Origin: Catonella sp.
GTDB taxonomy: Bacteria > Bacillota > Clostridia > Lachnospirales > Lachnospiraceae
Direction of reading: 5' to 3'
Assembly (NCBI RefSeq): GCF_052173895.1
Contig: NZ_JBQMXS010000004.1
Span: 3,960 to 67,959, forward strand
DNA: 64,000 bases
The translations under genes were made by a program, and so were the position numbers. Shown here piece by piece: positions 56,833 to 64,000 of the stretch (within the stretch, counting starts at the first letter, position 1; every line of letters begins with the position of its first letter). The notes beneath the pieces are model-generated. The model saw nothing but the letters and a program-made list of their open reading frames with translations, was not told where the DNA came from and ran no database searches.

Positions 56833-59565
56833 ATGAGTAAAGAAGGACTGAATTTAAAAGATACTTCCCCTATTACTGAGTATTTAGGCAAACTATTGTG
56901 GGATTCATTGACTGATGGTTCAAATATCAATATTGATGATTTGATGAAATTTTTAGGTGAAATCTGCCACTGTGAAAGAACATATGTTTTTGAAATAGAC
57001 TACGGTAATGGGACGATAAGCAATACATATGAATGGTGTGCTGACGGAATAATTCCTCAGCAGGAATTACTTCAGAATGAGAGCATTTCAGTAGTAGATT
57101 ATTGGATTGAGATGTTTAAACAAAAAAAGCCTATAATAATACCGGATGTAGAGACAATAAAGGCTGAATATCCGCAAATGTATGCTACACTGAAACCTCA
57201 GGATATACATTCACTTATATCAGTACCGATCTATCTTCATAAAAAACTGGTGGGATTTTTAGGAATAGATAATCCTGAAAATTTATGGGAAGAAGAACTG
57301 ATACCTCTTTTGCATAAGATAGGTTCGCTCTTTTCTTATGTCATAAGACATAGAAATCTTGAGGAAAGAGTGGAATATGATAAGTATCATGACCCTCTTA
57401 CTCTGGCACTTAATAAAAAAGCACTGAAACTTGATTTTAAGAAAAGTGAAGTTTGGAAACAGTTGGGAATAGTTTACTGCGATCTTTCTGAACTTAAAAC
57501 TACCAATGATGAGCATGGTTTTGAAGAAGGCGATGTAATGATATGTCGCTGTAATGACTTTTTAAAAGAAATTTTTAATACTTACAGCATTTACAGAATA
57601 GCAGGAGAAAGATTTGTAGTTGTATGTGTAGATATAAATAGTGCATATTTTGAAGAACTTATATCGCAGTTTGAGGGTGAAATCAATAAGAGAAAATATA
57701 GGATGGTATTTGGTTCATATTGGACAAATGATTTTCCACTTAATCCATATGAGGCTTTGGCTGAGGCAGAGAGCATATTACATAAAAATAAGGCAATATA
57801 TTTTAGTAAGCCTGATCCTCGCTCAGGTAAAATACGTGACAGGAGAGTGGGTGGAAACGATAATTTTTTAGATAACTTTAATGATACACACACCAGTCTG
57901 CTTTACCGCTTTATAGAAAATAATTATTTCAGTTTGGATGTATTCTTCAAGTCAATGGCAATGGGTGAGAACTATCCATATTTTGGAGATTTGCAAAAAG
58001 ATGCATGGTATCTTTCGGATAGTATTAAGGAGAACTGGGGTTTTGAAAACAATGTAGTACATGACCTTTTGAACAGATGGAAGAAGTTTATCCCGTATAA
58101 AGAAGACTTGGAGCTTTATGAAAATGATATAGAAGAGTTGCTTAAGCTGAGGAAAAATGTGCATGACCTTATATACAGGGTTGTGGATAAGGGCGGAGAA
58201 GAATTTTGGATTCGCTGTTTCGGCTATATAAAGTGGGATGATGCCGGTGAAAAACCTTTATTTTTCTGCGGACATGTATCAAGGTTAAATCATGCCTTTG
58301 ATACCGACCCTATTACAAATTTTCCAAGAGAAAAGGCAGCAATGCGTGACATAAGTACTATATTTTATAACAAGAAAAAGGCTTTCTTCTTATGTTTTCG
58401 CCTGAATGGATTTGGAGAGATTAATGAGATAAGGGGCAGAAACATAGGAAACAACCTATTAAAAGATATAGCTACAGGTCTTTTAAAGAACTTTGATAGT
58501 AATATACAGTTTTATAGGCTTGATGGATTACGTTTCCTACTTATGGTTTCTGAAAAATGTGAAAAGGGAGTGAAGGAAATATCTAAAGAGATAAAGAAAA
58601 TAATAGGTGATTTATATTCTGAATATAACCTCCCTATACGCTATCCATGTGGAGTAGGAATCTTAGGAGAATTAGACTCAAATATGTCGGTAATTGAGAT
58701 AATGACAGATGTTAGCAGCGTGTTAGACATAGCTAAAAATAAGCCTGAAATAGATATAATATATTCGGAGCAGACTTTAAGTGATCATCGTGAACAGAAA
58801 CAGATGGTGCTTGAAATAGGCAGGGATGTTGCCAATAATATGAATAATTTTAGGGTAGTTATGCAGCCTATAGTTTCGTCTAAAACCCATCAAATAGTGG
58901 GAGGAGAGATGTTACTTCGCTGGAAGTATCTTGGACAAAATATTTCGCCAATGATATTTGTGCCTATACTTGAAGAGAATAATCTGATGCCTGCTGTAGG
59001 TAAGTGGATATTCAGGCAAGCTGCTAAACTTTGTAAGAGGATAAATTCATATCTTCCTGATTTTTACTTAGACTTTAATGTGAGCTATTATCAGATAAAA
59101 GATGAAACCTTACTTCCTTATATGGAGAAAATACTTAAAGACTATGGTATAGATGGAAACAGGTTGGTAATGGAACTTACAGAAACACATTACAATGATG
59201 ACCCTGTAAAGCTTTTGGAATTTGTTGAAAGCTGTAAGAGAATGAATATAAGGATGGCACTTGATGACTTTGGTGTGGGATATTCTTCTTTAGAAATGTT
59301 GCTTAAATATCCGGCAGATATTGTTAAGCTGGATCGTAGCATTATGAAGAAAATGTCGGATTCATCGGACAGCAAGATATTTATGGAAACTATAGTTTCT
59401 GCTTGCCATAACTTTGATAAGCTGGTTTGTGTAGAAGGAGTTGAAACAGAAGCAGAGCTTAAGATAGTTACTGAGGCAGGATGTGATACAATTCAAGGTT
59501 TCTATTTCTATAAACCATTAGAAATACAGGATGTATATAATAGTTTGGTAAATTTGGATAAATAA
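56833..59565 (+). CDS. GAF - degenerate GGDEF - PAS - degenerate GGDEF - EAL signalling protein
   Basis: GAF (NTYEWCADG, GFLGIDNP), RIAGERF and RLDGLRF in place of GGDEF, and an EAL domain (QP, GEMLLRW, ELTE, DDFGVGYSS, KLDRS, EGVET, QGF). Confidence 0.9.
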   Translation: MSKEGLNLKDTSPITEYLGKLLWDSLTDGSNINIDDLMKFLGEICHCERTYVFEIDYGNGTISNTYEWCADGIIPQQELLQNESISVVDYWIEMFKQKKPIIIPDVETIKAEYPQMYATLKPQDIHSLISVPIYLHKKLVGFLGIDNPENLWEEELIPLLHKIGSLFSYVIRHRNLEERVEYDKYHDPLTLALNKKALKLDFKKSEVWKQLGIVYCDLSELKTTNDEHGFEEGDVMICRCNDFLKEIFNTYSIYRIAGERFVVVCVDINSAYFEELISQFEGEINKRKYRMVFGSYWTNDFPLNPYEALAEAESILHKNKAIYFSKPDPRSGKIRDRRVGGNDNFLDNFNDTHTSLLYRFIENNYFSLDVFFKSMAMGENYPYFGDLQKDAWYLSDSIKENWGFENNVVHDLLNRWKKFIPYKEDLELYENDIEELLKLRKNVHDLIYRVVDKGGEEFWIRCFGYIKWDDAGEKPLFFCGHVSRLNHAFDTDPITNFPREKAAMRDISTIFYNKKKAFFLCFRLNGFGEINEIRGRNIGNNLLKDIATGLLKNFDSNIQFYRLDGLRFLLMVSEKCEKGVKEISKEIKKIIGDLYSEYNLPIRYPCGVGILGELDSNMSVIEIMTDVSSVLDIAKNKPEIDIIYSEQTLSDHREQKQMVLEIGRDVANNMNNFRVVMQPIVSSKTHQIVGGEMLLRWKYLGQNISPMIFVPILEENNLMPAVGKWIFRQAAKLCKRINSYLPDFYLDFNVSYYQIKDETLLPYMEKILKDYGIDGNRLVMELTETHYNDDPVKLLEFVESCKRMNIRMALDDFGVGYSSLEMLLKYPADIVKLDRSIMKKMSDSSDSKIFMETIVSACHNFDKLVCVEGVETEAELKIVTEAGCDTIQGFYFYKPLEIQDVYNSLVNLDK

Positions 59566-59572
59566 AAGATTA

Positions 59573-59610
59573 AGGCTGGCAAGTAAATAATGTACTTGCC
59601 AGCCTGTTTT
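59573..59610. terminator. Rho-independent terminator between convergent genes
   Basis: AGGCTGGCAAGTA-7-TACTTGCCAGCCT 13-bp stem followed by GTTTT. Confidence 0.85.
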
Positions 59611-59639
59611 ATAAAAATAAAATATTAAATAATTTAGAA

Positions 59640-60095
59640 TTATGCCTGAAGTTCTGTGAAAGTAAATTCTTTATTCTTGGCATCAAAGCCTAAACTATAT
59701 TTTTTGCGTGGCTCTACTTCAACTTCAAGTTTAGCAGGTCCAAAGACTTCGTTTACAGTTTTATGAAGGATTCCGGGTCTTGAAGTAGTTGCAGTTGATT
59801 CTACAGTATGTGTTCCGGCAGTTACAGCATATACAAGTTTCATACCTTCATTAAACCAGTCAGCATGCTTAACACCATCAATAGTGTTTACTTGAAGTTG
59901 TACAGTCTTTATTCCCGACTGAGTAGTTCCGCAATATATAAGAGCGGCATCAGGATTTTGAGTTAAGAGTTGTTTCTTCCTATTTTTTGCATATTTTGAG
60001 TAAAAGATAATCATTAACAGATAAAAAAGTAATAATCCTGCTACGATGTAGCTCCAAGTAGGTAGTCCTTTTAACGTAGTAATTAATTCGTTCAT
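59640..60095 (-). CDS. Hypothetical protein with N-terminal TM helix
   Basis: AGAGGAG SD and a hydrophobic segment at residues ~13-32. Confidence 0.75.
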   Translation of the reverse strand: MNELITTLKGLPTWSYIVAGLLLFYLLMIIFYSKYAKNRKKQLLTQNPDAALIYCGTTQSGIKTVQLQVNTIDGVKHADWFNEGMKLVYAVTAGTHTVESTATTSRPGILHKTVNEVFGPAKLEVEVEPRKKYSLGFDAKNKEFTFTELQA

Positions 60096-60113
60096 TCGGT
60101 TCTCCTCTTTTCA

Positions 60114-60551
60114 TTATTTTGTTTTGGTTTCAAGTTTTATAGCTTTTTGCTCGGCTCCGATAATCTTCAAGTCTTCCAAAAGTTCCATATACTTAGTGTA
60201 GCCTAAAAATGAGCAGTCATAATATTCTGTCTTTACTCCATCAGTTACAGTAAGATTCAAATCATCATTATTAACTATTTTTGATGAGAATCCACATTCA
60301 TCTATATTGTACTTGGCAGAGCTTTTCTTTGTTATGAATTCAACGGTATCACCATCTACTATTATTTTCATCTTCATCTGTGAAAGAAATGAAAACAACA
60401 TAAACAAAAATACTGCACCGGAAATACCTAAAGAGATTTTTAGGTTTCCGGATGTAGCTATCCAAGAAATAACAAGAACGGCTGCCACACCAAATAGATA
60501 TATAAAAGCGTTGTAAATGAGTGCAAAGGGCTTGCTTTTGTAAATCTTCAT
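60114..60551 (-). CDS. Hypothetical 2-TM membrane protein (possible bacterial PH-like domain)
   Basis: AAGGAGGAG SD. Two hydrophobic helices are followed by a beta-rich tail. Confidence 0.75.
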   Translation of the reverse strand: MKIYKSKPFALIYNAFIYLFGVAAVLVISWIATSGNLKISLGISGAVFLFMLFSFLSQMKMKIIVDGDTVEFITKKSSAKYNIDECGFSSKIVNNDDLNLTVTDGVKTEYYDCSFLGYTKYMELLEDLKIIGAEQKAIKLETKTK

Positions 60552-60650
60552 TATTATAACTCCTCCTTTTTCTAGGAGATTTTAGCATAAATATGCATTT
60601 TATGCAATAAAATAGATAAAAATTAATACAAAATCTAAGAGTAAATTTGT

Positions 60651-60674
60651 AATTAGTTATGCGTTTAACTTATT
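60651..60674. promoter_or_regulatory. Candidate LacI-type operator AGTTAtgCGttTAACT
   Basis: Imperfect palindrome with a central CG, just upstream of the LacI-family gene. Confidence 0.5.
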
Positions 60675-60730
60675 GTAAATAAAGGAAAATAGGAGTATGA
60701 TTTTATATATAAATAATTTGAGGAGATAAG

Positions 60731-61747
60731 ATGTCAGATAGAATAAGAATTAAAGATATTGCAGATGAATTAGGACTTAGTACGGCTACTATTTCAAATG
60801 TAATTCATGGTAAAGATAGTAAGGTATCACAAGAAACTATAAAGAGAGTTCAAGAATTGATTGAGGAGAGAGGATACATACCCAGTATGGCAGGGATACT
60901 GCTTGCAAGAAATAATTCGAGAATTATAGGGATTGTAATTAACAGACATACTAAATATGAGGATGAAATTTTTTCGGATAATTTTATAAGCTCTTCATTA
61001 AATGAATTATCGCAAGAAATAGAACGATCAGGATATTTTATGATGGTTAAGACGGCAGCTTTTTATGAAGAGATTGTTAAATTTGCATCAATGTGGAACA
61101 TGGATGGGCTTATAATAATGGGATTTTGTGAAAGTGATTACAAAAAACTGAGAGATAGTATGCATATACCATGTGTAGTATATGATGGTTATATGAAAAA
61201 TACAGAAAAAATTTGTAATATTATTATAGATAACTACGATGGAGGCTTTCAGATGGGGAAATATATCTACAAGATGGGGCATAGAAGAGCAGTATGCTTA
61301 TCAGATAATTTTATTTGCATGGATAAAGAGAGGATAGAAGGATTTAGAAAAGGCTTTGCTGATGGTAAGGCAGATTTTTTAAAGATACCGGTTCATAAAA
61401 CAGAAAGGTATATTTTTTATGAGCAGAATTACAAACAAATTGTAAAAGATTATACAGTGGGTTTTGCTGTATCTGATGAATATGCAATAGAATTTATGCA
61501 CTTTTTGCAAAAGAAGAAGTTAGATATACCAAAAGAGTTTTCGATAGCAGGTTTTGATGGTACTGTAATGGGGGAGAAAGTTTGCCCTGAGCTAACTTCT
61601 GTGAAACAGGATACGAAAGAACGGGCAAAAAAGGCAATGGAGGCATTGATTGCGTTGAAAGAGGGGAAGAATATACAAATGGAGCAGAAGTTAAAGGTAT
61701 TGTTAGTGGTGCGTGACAGTGTGAATTGTATAGGAGTAGAACAATGA
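60731..61747 (+). CDS. LacI-family transcriptional regulator
   Basis: IKDIADELGLSTATISNVIHG HTH, plus SIAGFDG and LTSVKQD. Confidence 0.95.
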   Translation: MSDRIRIKDIADELGLSTATISNVIHGKDSKVSQETIKRVQELIEERGYIPSMAGILLARNNSRIIGIVINRHTKYEDEIFSDNFISSSLNELSQEIERSGYFMMVKTAAFYEEIVKFASMWNMDGLIIMGFCESDYKKLRDSMHIPCVVYDGYMKNTEKICNIIIDNYDGGFQMGKYIYKMGHRRAVCLSDNFICMDKERIEGFRKGFADGKADFLKIPVHKTERYIFYEQNYKQIVKDYTVGFAVSDEYAIEFMHFLQKKKLDIPKEFSIAGFDGTVMGEKVCPELTSVKQDTKERAKKAMEALIALKEGKNIQMEQKLKVLLVVRDSVNCIGVEQ

Positions 61748-63087
61748 AAAAGTATAGCGAAAATTTATATAAGAACATATTAAAAATAGCATTACCCGTT
61801 ACTTTACACGCCTTATTACAGGCCTCATTCAGTGTAGTAGACCAGCTTATGATAGGGCATTTAGGAGGACAGAGCATAGCTGCCATAGGGCTTGCTGGGA
61901 AATTCATATCTATATATACGGTGCTTTTGGGAGCAATAGCTACAACGGCAGGAATAATGCTCTCTCAGTATTTGGGACAGAAAAATGAGGAGAACATAAA
62001 CAAAAGTTTTTATATGAATCTTTTGTATAGCTTAATTTTGGGCATCATCTTTACCGGAGTATGTATTTTTTGGGGTAAAGAAATCATTTACATCTATAAT
62101 AAAGATGTCGATATAATTGCTAATGCAGTTGATTATTTAAAAATATTTTCAATAGCACTGCTTCCGATGGCTTTAGGAGGAATTATAGCAGTTATGTTGA
62201 GGTGTATGGAGGAAACCGTGTATCCGCTGATTGCAGGGATAGTAGGTATAGTATTGAACACCGGACTTAATTATCTGCTTATTTCCGGTAATTTAGGGTT
62301 TCCGGCACTTGGTGTAAAAGGGGCATCTCTTGCAAGTGTAATATCTCAGATTGTATGGCTTATTATTTTGTCAGCGTATCTGATAAAAGGGCTTAAGAAA
62401 CATGGTATAAGGCTGAAAATTGATTTAGGATTTGATAAAAAGATGAGAAAGCTGTATGTGAGTATTATAGCACCGGTGGTAATCTGTGAGTTTTTGTGGA
62501 GTCTTGGAGAAAATGTATATGGTGGAGTTTATGGTAATATGGGGACAGAGTCTTTGGTTGCGATGACTCTTACATTTTCAATTCAGGCATTGATGATAGG
62601 AGCACTTAGTGGTCTTTCTCAGGCATCTGGGATAATTGTAGGCAGGCTTTTGGGACAAGGAGAGTATGATGAGGCGTATAGTGTTTCTAAGACAATCATG
62701 AAAATGGGATTCGCAGGTTCGATATTACTATCAGCCTTACTTGTACTCTTAGGGCGTTATTACACAGGACTATATAATGTGAGTGATGAAACAAGGCAGA
62801 CAGCTTATATGATTTTGATAGTTTTTGCAATAGTCTCTCCGGTAAAGGTTCAGAACATGATTTTAGGAGGAGGCATTGTAAGAAGTGGTGGAAAGACAAA
62901 GTATATAATGTGGGTTGACATAATAGGCACTTGGCTATTTGGAGTTCCACTTGCATTTTTATCTGCTTTTGTATTAAAAATTTCAATTCCTTATGTCTAT
63001 TTCATATTGTCTCTTGAAGAAGTTATCAGACTCATTATTACACTTGTGATATTCAAGAAGAAGGGATGGATGCATAAGTTGGAATAA
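61744..63087 (+). CDS. MATE-family efflux transporter
   Basis: IALP, VDQLMIGHLG, SQYLG, LNTGLNYLLI.G..G.PALGV.GA.LA and about 12 TM helices. ATGA overlap with the LacI gene. Confidence 0.95.
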   Translation: MKKYSENLYKNILKIALPVTLHALLQASFSVVDQLMIGHLGGQSIAAIGLAGKFISIYTVLLGAIATTAGIMLSQYLGQKNEENINKSFYMNLLYSLILGIIFTGVCIFWGKEIIYIYNKDVDIIANAVDYLKIFSIALLPMALGGIIAVMLRCMEETVYPLIAGIVGIVLNTGLNYLLISGNLGFPALGVKGASLASVISQIVWLIILSAYLIKGLKKHGIRLKIDLGFDKKMRKLYVSIIAPVVICEFLWSLGENVYGGVYGNMGTESLVAMTLTFSIQALMIGALSGLSQASGIIVGRLLGQGEYDEAYSVSKTIMKMGFAGSILLSALLVLLGRYYTGLYNVSDETRQTAYMILIVFAIVSPVKVQNMILGGGIVRSGGKTKYIMWVDIIGTWLFGVPLAFLSAFVLKISIPYVYFILSLEEVIRLIITLVIFKKKGWMHKLE

Positions 63088-63116
63088 AGCCTATTTTAAG
63101 CTTTTTATAAAAAATT

Positions 63117-63145
63117 TTGACTTTTAAATTTGTATGTGTTAGAAT
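63117..63145 (+). promoter_or_regulatory. Putative sigma-A promoter (TTGACT-17-TAGAAT)
   Basis: Near-consensus hexamers upstream of the chemoreceptor gene. Confidence 0.55.
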
Positions 63146-63278
63146 CGCATGGTAGGCATAATGACCGGATGATTAGAGTGATGTGGCTAAGCCTATACTG
63201 TAGATTTAAGCAGGTTTATTTTTTTAAATCTGCTTTTGATTTAAAGGTATGACCAATAATTATTTAGAGGGGGAACCT

Positions 63279-64000
63279 ATGAATAAAGAGACACAGTCAG
63301 CTAAGAACCGGAGATTGAGTAGAAAGACGATTATTAGTGTAATAATAGTAATGGTAATTGTTGCGAGCCTTTATATTACCAAATTTTTTGAATATAAAAT
63401 AGAACACCGTAGAAATGAAATGACAAATTATGCCGTAGAGATGAGACAGGGTTCGCAGTATCTTGCAACAGAGATGAGAGCGTATGCCGCTACCGGCAAT
63501 ACTTCACACTATGATAATTATCAGAATGAAAATAATAATGTGCAAAGAGTTGCCAAATCTCTTGCAGCATTAAAGTCGGCAGGACTTACAGCAGAGGAAA
63601 CAAGGCTTGCAGAAACAGTTGCATCTACTTCGGAAAGCTTGGTACCGATAGAACAGAAGGTTTTAGAGGCAACGAAGAATGCAGGTGGTGGTCAGAGTGA
63701 AGAAGCAATGGCTTTAGCTTTTGGTGCAGAACATGAGGCAGGAGTTACTAAGATTGCAGAGCTTTCTGTGCAGCTCATAAGTTCTATTACTTCAAGGATG
63801 GCAATGGCAGCTAATGTGATTTTGGGAATTAGCGTTATTGTTCAGCTTATAGCACTTATATCACTAGTATATGTAATAAAAATACAGAGACAGTATGTGG
63901 TCTTTGTAAAGGATGAAATGCTTGCTCCTACGCTTGAAATTGAGCATGAACTTTCTTATTTATCTCAAGGGATTCTTGATAATGAGTTTATGCTTAAAGA
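63279..64000 (+). CDS. 3'-truncated methyl-accepting chemotaxis protein (N-terminal TM-sensor-TM)
   Basis: Not in the ORF track because it runs off the edge. ATG after GAGGGGG gives MNKETQSAKNRRLSRKTIISVIIVMVIVASLY...GSQYLATEMRAYAATGNTSHYDNY..., then a second TM near 63810-63880. Confidence 0.7.
   Translation, partial: MNKETQSAKNRRLSRKTIISVIIVMVIVASLYITKFFEYKIEHRRNEMTNYAVEMRQGSQYLATEMRAYAATGNTSHYDNYQNENNNVQRVAKSLAALKSAGLTAEETRLAETVASTSESLVPIEQKVLEATKNAGGGQSEEAMALAFGAEHEAGVTKIAELSVQLISSITSRMAMAANVILGISVIVQLIALISLVYVIKIQRQYVVFVKDEMLAPTLEIEHELSYLSQGILDNEFMLK

Overview
AT-rich genomic DNA from a low-GC Firmicute. Gene order and protein style suggest Lachnospiraceae/Clostridia (inference). Almost all genes are on the + strand. 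(1) 1-~21.9 kb is an accessory, defence/stress-like region. It holds a 5'-truncated sacsin-like gene, a Zn-finger protein and an SNF2 helicase. Next is a tightly packed HAD phosphatase / histidine phosphatase / effector-less STAND-like NTPase-TPR / PfkB kinase operon. Two copies of a ~100-bp terminator + 20-bp palindrome + sigma-A promoter cassette follow, driving an unknown gene (with an AAA/PD-(D/E)XK gene behind it) and a CbbX-like AAA / metallophosphoesterase / unknown / cytoplasmic BspA-LRR operon. A WYL regulator is transcribed divergently from two small paralogues that look like stand-alone FtsZ C-terminal domains, followed by a YjbR-MGMT fusion and sbcDC. (2) ~26-57 kb is mostly core genome: glpK, gmk-rpoZ-priA-def-fmt-rsmB-rlmN-stp-pknB-rsgA-rpe-thiN, pcrA, aguAB, a DegT aminotransferase, clpX, and rpmE-DUF1385-prmC-[fumC-malic enzyme]-prfA. 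(3) 57-64 kb has a GAF/GGDEF/EAL protein, two small membrane proteins, LacI-MATE and a truncated chemoreceptor. I recognised no rRNA, tRNA, CRISPR array, integrase or transposase. The best novelty candidates are the FtsZ-C-only pair beside the WYL regulator and the NLR-like NTPase-TPR operon with sugar-phosphate enzymes. All domain calls come from motif recognition by eye, with no database searches.
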